Shown: piece by piece, positions 42,051 to 54,457 of the stretch
Layout: the number at the start of each line of letters is the position of its first letter
Position numbering within the stretch: position 1 is the first letter of the stretch
Source of the DNA: Eledone cirrhosa
Taxonomy: Eukaryota
Assembly: GCA_964016885.1 (NCBI GenBank)
Contig: OZ024740.1
Span: forward strand, 89,094,001-89,158,000
Reading direction: 5' to 3'
Length of the DNA stretch: 64,000 nt
Translations under genes and position numbers: made by a program
The notes under the pieces: model-generated
Told to the model about the DNA's origin: nothing
Databases searched by the model: none
Seen by the model: the letters and a program-made list of their open reading frames with translations, nothing else

Positions 42051-42689
42051 TCCTGTTTTTGTTCGATTTTTATACTTTCTTGTTTGCATCCTTTATAGCT
42101 TTCTTTACACGCTACCACACAAAATGTCTCTCTCTCAGCTGTTCCCTATCGTCCTGAATTTTGTTTCCATACATCCAAGCAAATGGACATGAAATTATTG
42201 AAATCAGGAAATACTTGTATAAATATTTGACAGAATGTCTCAGAATAAAGATCAGCAAATCTTGGAACAGCAATGTCGGGTATTATCGCGCTTACTAAAA
42301 CTATGTAATATATTCACAGAGAAAAATAGACAAAATATTAATTTCTCTTTCGAAAGAATAAACTTCTTTGATAATAGCGAGGTTACCAATATGTTTATTG
42401 TTTTTAGTATATACATATATGAGTATTTATATACACACCATAGTGCATGAACACTGCACTAACAATCATATATATATATATAGAAGTATGTCTATCCGGA
42501 AAATTCAAACTTTCTACACTTCCGCCAAGCGTGAACCTATTTTAAACTGTGTAAAATTGCCTCCTTTTTTTTTTGTTGCTTCAATTATTAATTACATATA
42601 TAAATATACAGTCAGTATACATACATATCATGTGTTTCTCTGTCGATAACAGTTTGGATGCTTCTGAGGTGTAATTTTTTAATGTTGAT

Positions 42690-43045
42690 TTTCCTTTTGT
42701 TTTCTAACGCATCCCGGGTAATAATATTTTATCAAAATATTGATACTGGGAATCCATCGATATGCCCAGCTCCTATCGATGTAGTGACGGAGTAAAACAC
42801 ACTTCAACAACATGTGTACCTTTCTTTCCCACACCAAATCGGACTGCCTGAAGAGGTCACAGACAATAATGGCTGTCACCAAAATATATATAGCAGTATA
42901 TTTATAATTTATAATAAACAAAGCCAAATTTTACATATTTGACTTAATTATTTTACATTACTCCGGAGTAAACAAACCAACCTGCATACTTCATCGAGTG
43001 CTCCAGTCTGCATACTGATGTGTCGGTAAACAACCAGCATATACT

Positions 43046-43048
<3 letters not shown>
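42690..43048 (+). mobile_element. Solo PLE pLTR with mutated HHR (42843-42897) ending in (TA)n
   Basis: ACTGC / CTGAAGA / stem II / AAAA in place of GAAA / tatata / TA / GCAGT; same family as 52992-53282. Confidence 0.75.
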
Positions 43049-43133
<85 letters not shown>

Positions 43134-43139
43134 ATATAC

Positions 43140-43825
43140 ATTTCATTTAGCTTTGTTGGTTTACCACTGGATAGAACTGGTCATTCCGTATGGTCAACCT
43201 CGATGTAATATTAGGGAGAGCACTCGACGTAATGCAACTTCGTTTGTGTTGTTGGTGGTGCGAGTACGGGGTTAATTCTTATAAAATAACAGGAGGCTGG
43301 ACTGGTGTAATTCCTTAAAGGTTTATTATACTATGAACATTTCAATGACCGCGTTCAATATGAATCCGGTGGCATCATCAGGTATTCAACATTTAACAAA
43401 GCAATATAATCCATGGGGCTGAAAAGGCAGAGAGATAAGAAGGCGGCCACACATTTAGCAGTTTCTAGTTCGGTCGGCCGTCTTCAATATTCACCTAATC
43501 GATTTCAGGAATCATTTCTCCATCTGAATGAAATTACAATTATCTTCAACTTATTTGCATATTTCCTTAGAAAGAAATGCCGGTCTTGTATAAAAGAAAT
43601 AGAACTAGTGCAGAAAGTGTGAAGGCGGCCGATCGAACTAGAAACTGGTAAATGTGTGGCCGCCTTCTTGTCTCTCTGCTTTTTCAGCCCCATGGATTAT
43701 ATTGCTTTGTTAAATTTCGAATACCTGATGATGTCACCGGATACATACTGATGAACCCGGTCATTGAAATGTTCATAGTATAATAAACCTTTAAGGAATT
43801 ACACCAGTCCAGCCTCCTGTTATTT

Positions 43826-43828
<3 letters not shown>
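43140..43828. mobile_element. Fold-back pLTR pair with HHRs and a captured local spacer
   Basis: Arms 43281-43486 and 43620-43828; TA tracts lie outside both ends. Confidence 0.85.
43721..43781 (+). ncRNA. Hammerhead ribozyme (mirror 43328-43385 on minus)
   Basis: ATAC / CTGATGA / tgtcACCGG...CCGGTcat / GAAA / tgttca / TA / GTAT then AATAAA. Confidence 0.8.
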
Positions 43829-43878
<50 letters not shown>

Positions 43879-46159
43879 CAATAGTATACATACACCTAGC
43901 AAACATGGTTGACACATTCACAGTATACACAAAATTCAAAACTTCTAAATTGAAAGTGTGCCAATGGTAAACAAAATTTGGAGTAACATGAATCAAAGAT
44001 TTGATAACATTTAAATATTAATGTATTAGTGATGACATTGATATTTTCAGACACGGTATAACATAGGTATTAATTCCCTAACATTATTTTGATGAAAGGT
44101 AGATTTGATCTCACAGCGGAAACATAAAGGATAGTATTTAGAGTAAAGTCTCTTCAATCTTCACCTAATCGATTTCAGGACTCATTTCTTCTATCTGAAT
44201 GAAATTACAATTATCTTTAACTGATTTGCATATTGCCACAGAAAGAAATACCGGTCTCAAGAAATAGAACTGGTGCAGAAAGTGTGAAATAAATCTAGGT
44301 TTCTTTATTATATATATTTCATTAACCCACTGTTATTCCTTTCACGCTACGTACATTTCGAAAGAATTTCGGTTTTACGAAAATCTTTATTGCACACGTG
44401 TGTGATAAGATTGTTGTGTAATGGTGACGTTGTGTTATGCCTACGTCAGATCATCATTTGTTTTATGAACCTTTGTGTACATACATGTAAATACAAACAC
44501 GCACACATATATGTGTGTGTAAATGTATAAAGAGAGTGGTATAGAAGATGGGGGTTTGGATGGATAGTTTTATAATAAGTATTGCTTCTGTGAAGTTTAA
44601 TTTCATTGAGTTAATAACATTGATGCGGGATTAAATGCCTACACACTACAGTAAAACAGTGTGCATTTCTGAATTTCAAATCTATAGAAACATCTCGCTA
44701 AACAGACTAGGTAACGTAAGTTCGAAAATTCCAAGCAGAAAACCTGAGAAATCTTGAAAATGCATTTTAGTATATATTAAAGTGGTAATTCTTTTGGTTG
44801 TAAAAATGCTAGTGTCTTATGATGTTATGAAAACGGAAAAGGAAGGTAAAGGCATAGGGTCTAGGGTCACAGAAGAATGGGAGCGTGATGGGCTTTTGCC
44901 GTAGGAGCGGCGGTTTGGAGGCTGTGACCCGTGGACAAGACCGCGAAATCAATGGTCAGCGACAGCCGCTGCAACACCCACCAGACTTCGTTCAATAAGT
45001 CATTCGTGTAATTGACTATCTTCTGAATCCCCTCTATTCCAGTGTTTTTTATCTGTAGCGTGTGCACCAATGCATTTCCACATTTTGCAAGCATATATCT
45101 TCGTTGGAAGTGTGGAGGTCACTTACAGAGGGAACTGGATTTTGGTTTCTTGTATATTATTGGATCAAATATTACTCATTTGCTAGAGTACGCTATTCAC
45201 CTTTACAATTCGATATTTACATGGGTTTCAATGTATTTTTTATCACACATCACAATTCTTCCATATCACGTTTTATAATTTTTACATACGTTCATCCTTA
45301 TCCATCAATTTTAGTTGTATTTGGATTTACACAGTACCCTAATTATATTTGTCTATAGCACATGTCTTGATCGGATTCGTTACGTGGAATTTCGGCAGCT
45401 CTGTTGTTATAATTGATACTGATCCCGTCTCTTAATTATTATGTATCAGTAGCCTTGAAAATCAGAAAACACTGATCAACATCTTTCGGTTATACAGATA
45501 TAAACAATTAGATTCTGCGTTTTCCCGTCTGAAGGACAACACATTTCAATAGTTCTATTTTTATGCAGTATAGTTGTGTCTGATTTATCTGCCAATGCTG
45601 TTGGAAATCGTCAACAGACTTTTATTAATTTTCATTTGTCAGTTATGTTGATTTGTTCGTCTATGTCAGATACAACATTTCTTATGTGAAGATTCGGGAT
45701 ATCATACACAATATATTGGTACAGTTAATATTTCCCCTTTTATTGTATATGAATATCACTTTTAGAGAACTAGCATATAGTTTTGCATCCTTTGTTACGT
45801 ACATGTCTATCGAAATGTTGGCAACCTAACAGTATCAAATTGTAATACTACTTCCTTTACTGATATCAACTCTATGACGTTGTCACGTTCTAATATATCG
45901 TGTAATTCTAATTTGGTTTCTCAGTTTGCTGATTTCATTTTGTAGTTCCGATAGATTTACCTCCCAAGACGTATGCTAAACTGTGAATCAAACTATAAAC
46001 ACGCATCCGAAGTGAGGTTTAAAACAAGCTTAACAAAATTATATTCAGTTTTTTATCTGCCAGCAAATGATAAACGATTAACCGTAGGACAGAAATTCCA
46101 AACAATATTTACATTATATATTTCGTAAGGTTGAAGTACTTATTCGAATAACTGTTTCT

Positions 46160-46340
46160 ACTTTTGGCACAAAGCCAACAATTATACCAGTGCATTACTA
46201 GTGCTTTATTTTATCGACCCCGTAAGGATGAAAGGCAAAGTTAACCTCGGCGGGATTTGAACTTAGATCCTAAATTGTTGTAACTCCATGTTGCAAATCA
46301 AGCCGTCCGACCATCTACCGATACTTACAATCCACCAGCC
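46160..46340 (-). mobile_element. SINE copy
   Basis: Reverse complement of the 22277 family, including the B-box. Confidence 0.8.
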
Positions 46341-46677
46341 TTATTTGAATAATAAATGTACTTACTGTTTACCTTTCTTATCCAATACTCTTCCACCTCC
46401 TAAAACGGCTAACTAAACACACACGTGTTTTATCTCCCCAAATTTGTTTCCATGTTTTATTCCTTCTTGAATCATCTATTTTTCTTTTTCTTCTTTCATT
46501 GTATTTTTTTATGAAAAAGTAAAGTTCGAAATATCAAAAATTTTTTTATAATTAATTTATCAAGCGCTAAATTATTATATATCTTCAGGGTATCGTTCCA
46601 CAGTTTTGTTTTATTTTTGCATGCATACGCACACACACACACACACACGCACACATACACACACGCACACGCGCACG

Positions 46678-46725
<48 letters not shown>

Positions 46726-46733
46726 TATATATA

Positions 46734-47617
46734 CGAGGTGTGTCAGAATATTCTAGGACTGATGTCACAAAAGATTTATTTCAAAGCCAAACTTCACACA
46801 ACGAGTTTTCTCCTTCGAAGTAATCCCCATGGAGTATGTAACTGTAATCTTAGCTCTCTGCACGATCAAACTTTTTTCTTCATAATTTTATATACATATC
46901 CTCTGTTTCAGGTCGTCAAGCAATGAGCACAGAGCAACGAACAAAGTTGAAGTTTCTGGCATGGTTGGGGAAAACTCCATCAGAAGCACTGGTATTTCTG
47001 CAGCAAGTGTATGGAGATGAGACGATGTCACGCTCACGTATTTTTGAGTGGTGCAAGATGACCCCAGGAGCGGAAGGCACTCAACAACCAGGACTGAGGT
47101 AAACGTTGAGCGCGTCAGGCAGATCGTGCGTAGCGATCGTCGGCCGACTGTTCGACTGATGGAAAATGAGCTGGGCATGAATCGGGACAGCGTCTGGAAG
47201 ATTCTCACTGAAGATTTGGACATGCGGAAAGTCTGCGGGAAGATGGTGCCAACACTGCTAAACGAGGACCAGAAGGGTCGACGCATGCAAGTGTGCCAGG
47301 CCATCCTCAAGCGTCTTGAAACCAAACCAGACTTGCTAGGGACAGTCATCACCAGTGATGAGTCATGGATCTCCGAGTACGACCCGGAGAGGACCCGCTT
47401 TGAAGACGTGGACGACATCAAATAGGCCGTCACGACGGAACTGCGGAGGATCCCGGAAGAATCCTTCCGGGGATGCATGCAAGAGTGGCAGAAAAGGATA
47501 GAAAAGTGCATTAGACTCCAGCGGGATTACTTTGAAGGAGAAAACTCTTAGTGTGAAGTTTGGGTTTGAAATAAATCTTTTGTGACATCAGTCCTGGAAC
47601 TTTTCTGACACACCTCG
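46734..47617 (+). mobile_element. Internally deleted mariner (Tc1/mariner) transposon
   Basis: ~65-bp imperfect TIRs CGAGGTGTGTCAGAA...; TA duplication; transposase remnant DDPRSGR, KMVPTLL, VITSDESWISEYDPE jumping to the C-terminus. Confidence 0.93.
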
Positions 47618-47668
47618 TATATTGGAAAATGTGTGAGATCCTTGGTACAGTTAGGTATATTTGAAAAG

Positions 47669-48032
47669 AAGGAAAATAATGACTTCACTTGTAGTTCTAA
47701 ATAATTTGATTTCATTTTATAATAATATAATATTATGCGTTGGTAGATCTAGTAAGTTCTTTGTTAACTTCGGTGGGAAGAATTTTAAAGAATCCTGGTT
47801 AACTTTGCTGGTGAACTTTCTCGCACTCGGTGGCGATTGTCAAATTGAGATCTCAGTTTGACAATCGCCACCGATGAATGCGAGAAAGTTCTCCAAGAAA
47901 GTTAACCAGGAATCTTTAAAATTCTTCCCACGGACGTTAACAAAGAACTTACTAGATCTACCAACTCATAATATTATAATATTATAAAATTAAATCAAAT
48001 TATTTAGAACTACAAGTGAAGTCATTCTTTTC

Positions 48033-48035
<3 letters not shown>
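47669..48035. repeat. ~365-bp palindrome with no spacer, ending in (TA)n
   Basis: Centre GAGA|TCTC at 47850/47851; arms are diverged. Confidence 0.92.
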
Positions 48036-48113
<78 letters not shown>

Positions 48114-50445
48114 AACATGCAGACGTCCACACATACCTGCCTCCTTTCTCCACGTCAACGATGTTTTCCAAGAGAAAGGCAATGACCGATACAGCTTGAC
48201 ACCAGTGACGTTGCAACTTGTTTCTACTGCTGAGTGAAAAAGAGCAACATGACATAAAGTGTCTTGCCCAAGGAGAAAACACAGTGTCCTGTATTGAAAT
48301 TGAACTCAAATCCTAAGCCATGCATCTCTTTATTATATAGTTACGATGCACTACTGATTTTATCTGAATTCCGATTACATTCTGGTTTCAACCATCAATA
48401 TCTACACATCATGGTAAATGGGGAATTCACGTGAATTATATTCGTTGAGATAATAAACTGTATTCTATTTTTTTGTTACTGTAACATTAAACTAAATATT
48501 TGGATACTATCAACATTATAGCAACACTCAGCTGGGTTCTATTTAGTACAATGACAAAGAAAGCTTAAGAAGCTATATTGTAAAGCCTATAAAAGTCAAT
48601 GATTATTGATATCGAAAGAAAATTCAAGAGTATTCAATTTCACTTTAAATAAATTATATGAATGGAACCTTAATTTTGAAACGTGTGCTGCTGACAGCTT
48701 TTGACTAGAGCTGAATTGCTGGCCATTTATAATATTTTAATGTCTTAAATATTGATAATTCAGTCAACGTAAGTGAAAGTCACCATGAAGTGAAATTACC
48801 AAAGCCCTGAACGGAAGCGGTCACCCTGTAAAAGTTTTCGTTTGCATTTTAATGATGGGATAAAATGTTTGTGTTTGTATATGGATTCCTTCCTGCTGAC
48901 TTGCCCCACAGCATGTGATGTGGCATTTACAATAGTTAACTTATATTATGGATATACAGACAACGAAGATAGCGAAAGTTGTCAACAGTCTTAAGTTATG
49001 AAAATTTTACATGGAACGTTTGCATTAGACATGAAGATCGGAAGGTAAGGGGAATGTCATATATAAAGAAATGTGAAGTACAATTTAAGTTTTTCCTAGA
49101 TTGGCTTTTAAATGAGTCAATTTAAATTTGATGAAGGATAAGAGATATTATGAGTGAGAAACCAATCTCAATGAGTTCAATAATTATATATCGAAAACAT
49201 AAAGAACTGAAAAACATTAAAAGGTTAAAACAATTGCTCGATCTTAGCCTACAGGTTAAATGGCCCGTCATCACAGTCTGCCTTCAGCATCAATTAAATG
49301 ACAGATAACGTTGTAAAGCTTATAACATGATGTATGGGTGTAGTAAGCTATGTAAACAAAAGGTTTCCAGCTGTCAACTTGGTTCAATATTTAACTTACA
49401 AAAGATGGATGGGCACTGAAGAAAGGCAAAACTAGCATATTTGACAACGATATTGCTTTAAATATGATGGCTAGAACAAATTAAAGCACTATAATATACA
49501 TACACAGACACTCATACAGAGACTCACACACATGCACACACACATGTGCATGCACCCCCATACATGCACTTCCATACGCGCTATGAATCACGAATATTTC
49601 TTTAATTATACGGTAACAGATGAGAGAATATTAGTTATAAATAAGAGGGCATGGTGGAATTATTCGTTTCTCATTACCGAGAAATTGTGTTCGCTGATAT
49701 TATGTAGCATATGAAGCAAACATTGATTTCTATATATTCTGTATTCGACCAGATCTTTGCGAATAGATAACGGGGACGGAAACTATGAAGATATTCTTAG
49801 TGTGGATTCTAGCTGTAGCACATTGGTGTAATCTTCTTAAACTGTATATCAAACTGAATTATCCTGAGAAGAGGTTATGGACCAATGCCATATAAAAAAA
49901 TAGTTATATATATGTCTTTATTGGTTGCAGATCAATGAGAAGGCATCAACAATATAACTAAATATTCGTGAAATAGCAAACAAAATGCTCAGACTCAAAT
50001 CATACCTTCAGTTAAAAAAATGAAAAATAGAAAAAGGATTCACGGTCTTAACGACAGTTCAAACTGCCACCTCTGTGAATTAAAAAAAGAATATATTGAT
50101 ATTCGACATGTGTAGATAATACAGAGGACTAGGTAAATCACCTTTCATTATTTCGAGGTTATATGAAATATTTTCTTTGTATCACACACAGATCATCGAA
50201 ACAAAAGTTTTACCCGAATCTGGTATTTATTTTATGGTCTGACGCCAGTTCCCTTTACACACACATATACTGATGCATACGTACACCTGCACACACAAAC
50301 ATTCATACCCCCCCCCCCAACACACACAAGCTGCCGTCTGGGTTAAACATGTTCCTATTACTCACTCTACTACCCTAAGTATTGAGTACTCTGGTGCGTT
50401 ATGGTCCATCTGTTTCCTTTGTTCTCTCTCTCTCTATCTCTCCCT

Positions 50446-50537
<92 letters not shown>

Positions 50538-51044
50538 ATATAATGTTGAAACTGTGATTGTGTGCTTCTCTGTAATTTCATACAGCTAAAACGGCGCATA
50601 ATTTGAAAGGAGTTTGCACCTGAAATGGAATAAAACAAGTTTGGCGTCAATCGGAGCACGAGCTCCCGAGGTACGTGGTTTCTCAAGGTACCATCATAAA
50701 TAGCGAGAGAGAGAAAGGTAGAATGAGAGGTAGGGGTTGTGAGAGAGTAGATTGAAAGAGAGCGATAGAGAGGAAACGAGATGGATACAGAGATGGAAAA
50801 TCGAAGTGAGAGAGAGATAGACAGCTGGTAGTGTTGTTAAATGAAATTATAACAGGTGAGTTCAAAGCTAAAAATTGGTGATTGGATATTAAGTCATATG
50901 TATCATATAACTTGTGGCCAGACAGGATGTGTCTAGCGAATATTTCCTCCTAAATAGGAAGGGTTTCTAAGTATGTGTGTATAACTGCGTGTGTGTGTAT
51001 ATATATATATGTGTGTATATATATATGTGCGTGTGTGTGTGTTA

Positions 51045-51230
51045 CATGCTACCAGTAGCACTCGAGAGCGACCCGTATCATATTCGGGTCATCGATGACT
51101 AAACCGACAACCCCACCAAGCTTACTTGGTGAGTGGAGCGATATTTGGACACCCTATGGGATGAAATACAAGGCCTAGCAAAGTACCGAGGAACTCAGCA
51201 GAGTCAACGGCCATCCAAATAGCACTTTTC
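51045..51230 (+). mobile_element. 5' part of the element family seen at 8813-9408
   Basis: GACTAAAC...CAACCCCACCAA...TTGGTGAG...TTTGGACA...GAGTCAA.GG.CATCCAAA shared. Confidence 0.65.
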
Positions 51231-52644
51231 TTTTCTTTTTCTCCTGCGAATGAAAGGCCCCGGTTGTTATAACAACACCTTTCTAGGAGAGGGAAACGCT
51301 GAAAAAAGACTTGCGTCTTCGGAAGCATCCGATGAAGTTGACTAGTTCTCTTTTTCGGATACTGTTTTCGATGCACAGAGAGTGAGATTGGTCGGGTGCA
51401 AGGCCTTTCCACACTTAAGAAACCTTTAAAGCACAGGCATTGCTGTGTCAAGATTTGTTAAATATTCGTGTGGTTGGCGTAGCCTAAAGGTGCACTATTT
51501 TCCGGAATCAGAAAAATCGATTGCAATTCTATTAGCAGCGCTTTCCCCCATCATATATACGTTTGTGCGTGTGTGTGTGTGTGTGTGTATGAGTGAGAGA
51601 GAAAGAGTATGTGTGTGTATGTGTGTGTGTCTGTGACTAGTATATATAGGCAACAGATCCACACATATGTATATATATATACACACACATACGTATCTAC
51701 ACACACACAGCAAATCTGGTCCCTTGCGATTTGAACACATATATGTATATATTTGTGTTCGTCTTTCTTTTATATTCAATTATATATATATATACATTTT
51801 TCTGCTGCTTTTCTATTTCTCTTCTCTCTATAATTTTTCTCCATTTGATAAACCTTGCGAACTGGTTTTTCACTTCTTTGTCAGTTGATGCACTAGTGAT
51901 GCATTTTCCTTTATATTCGTGTAATTTGCCTAAAACTTAACTTAACTCTAGCTGTTTTGTTATTTCCCAATGTGCAGTGGAATGAATGGTACCTACCTGA
52001 TTGTAACAAAAGCGTAGTGACTTTCAGATGTTGGCTGAGAGATTGGACTCTCCGTCTTTCCATTCATTTTTCCATTGACCTTGTTTTGTGACACCACATA
52101 TTCTAAATATGTATGTATGTATATATATATGAGCATTTAAACTTTATTTTATTCTGAGTTAAGTCTCTATTGGTTTTTTCCCTGGATTTCACAAAATGTG
52201 TGGATAACATTTTCTGTCTCGATTTTTTTTAAAATTGGGTTTGAATTATTTTCTCATATCTTACGTTAAATATTTTCCATTTTGACGTTATATTCACTTA
52301 TATATTATGAAATACTGTTGGCTTCTTGCTCACATTAATTACTCTATTTTCATTTATGTATATATATCATCATCATTATCATCGTTTAACGTGCATCTTC
52401 CAGGCTTGCATAGGTTTGGATATATATAATATATATAATATATATATGATAGACCACCCGTGACCCGTTGGGTCACATTTGCTTAAAAATATAGTTTTTA
52501 ATAATTAAAATATACACAGACATGTCTATAATGTGTTCCTCTTTCTTTTATATTCAATTATAATATACGGCTCGGAAAAATCTCTTTCCTAGAACTATTT
52601 TATTGTAAGAGACTATTTTGAGTTTCTAACTCAATATATACTTT

Positions 52645-52728
<84 letters not shown>

Positions 52729-52799
52729 ATGTGTGTATGTAAATATATATATATATATATATATACATATGTATATGTACATCAGTATATGTATATCTA

Positions 52800-52844
<45 letters not shown>

Positions 52845-52886
52845 CTATATATATATATATATATAATATATGTGTGTGTGTACATG

Positions 52887-52922
<36 letters not shown>

Positions 52923-52940
52923 TGTATGTATGTATGTATG

Positions 52941-52991
<51 letters not shown>

Positions 52992-52995
<4 letters not shown>

Positions 52996-53274
52996 AGTTT
53001 ATGTTGGTTGTATACCAACACCTCAGTATGCAGGCTGGAGCACTCAACGAAGTGCGCAGGTTGGTTTGGTTACTCCGGAGTAGTGTAAAATAAAGTTAAA
53101 TAAAAGTCAAATTAAGTATTGACAATATCATACACCTAAACAACATATGTACTTGTCTATACCATACTAATTCAAACTGCCTGAAGAGGTCACAGCCAAA
53201 GATGGCTGTCACTGAAATATATATAGCAGTAATAAACGAAGCTAAATTTTAATCATTTGACTTTTATTTAACTT

Positions 53275-53282
<8 letters not shown>
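52992..53282. mobile_element. Partly inverted pLTR pair between (TA)n tracts
   Basis: 52992-53090 is the reverse complement of 42953-43048; inverted AAAATAAAGTTAAATAAAAGTCAAA. Confidence 0.8.
53176..53230 (+). ncRNA. Minimal hammerhead ribozyme
   Basis: ACTGC / CTGAAGA / ACAGCC-aaagat-GGCTGT / GAAA / TATATA / TA / GCAGT then AATAAA. Confidence 0.87.
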
Positions 53283-53306
<24 letters not shown>

Positions 53307-53448
53307 GTAATATAATAATAATTATATTATTTATATTTATATATACACTATATACACCTACAAAAAGAAAGCAATTTATTACTACCTTATTACCGATAAG
53401 AAAAATACCTCAATGTAAATACATCAGATGTTTTACAGACCAGGAATG

Positions 53449-53791
53449 TAAATTACACAATAATCAAAACTATGTTCACATTATTTTATTGCTGACAATC
53501 GTTTCTTCCAAACTTTCGTTTGGAATTCTCGGAGCACTAGCAAAGTTTGGACATATAATTAACTTTCTATTCAACTGAAGATATATAGATACATGGATAT
53601 TAATGTTGTCAACAATCATATAGATACATGGATATTAATGCTGTCAAGATTAATATCCACGTATCTATATGATTGTTCAGTTGAATAGGAAGTTAATTAT
53701 AAGTCCAAACGTTGCTAGTGCTCCGAAAGTTTGGAAGAAACGATTGTCAGCAATAAAATCATTTGAACATAGTTTTGATTATTGTGTAATT

Positions 53792-53793
<2 letters not shown>
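53449..53793. mobile_element. Fold-back palindrome with HHR-like motif (53490-53536, minus)
   Basis: TGCT / CCGAGAA (degenerate core) / TTCCAAAC-gaaa-GTTTGGAA / GAAAC-gatt-GTC / AGCA; the right arm has a deletion in stem II. Confidence 0.7.
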
Positions 53794-53871
<78 letters not shown>

Positions 53872-54194
53872 TTAATATTAACTACTCGTTCACCATTAGT
53901 GATGTGTAGTGTAGGCAGGAGCTGTCACAATGCCGTGGTATGCACACCAGCAGATTTATTATTTTTTATTTGCTCTTGCTGACAAAGTGGTACAGGTTTA
54001 AATGCTTCATATTTGATATTTGTGTATGCATTCTTATGGAGAGCCTTTATCAGGGAGAGGCCATGTCATCTGTGTAAAGAAATGGGAAGTGGGCGCAAAT
54101 GTTAGTTATTCTCCATAGCTATCAAAAACACACATCATATGTATATACACACATATATGTGCATGTGTGTTTGTACACACGCCAACACTTATAA

Positions 54195-54234
<40 letters not shown>

Positions 54235-54420
54235 TATTATATAGATTATTTCTGAAGACAGCATATATATGTGTAGGTATGTATATTCCCTCTGATAGTT
54301 TGTAAACATTTTACATAGATCTATATGATATACATACCAACATACACATATATATCCTAGAAACGATCGTAAAATGATGAATTTTTTAATATAAGGAACT
54401 GTTTCTTTGTTCTTATTCAT

Positions 54421-54455
<35 letters not shown>

Positions 54456-54457
<2 letters not shown>

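Noticed and set aside
44867-45000. GC-rich patch as a possible exon or promoter
   Set aside because: No recognisable peptide, splice context or second copy
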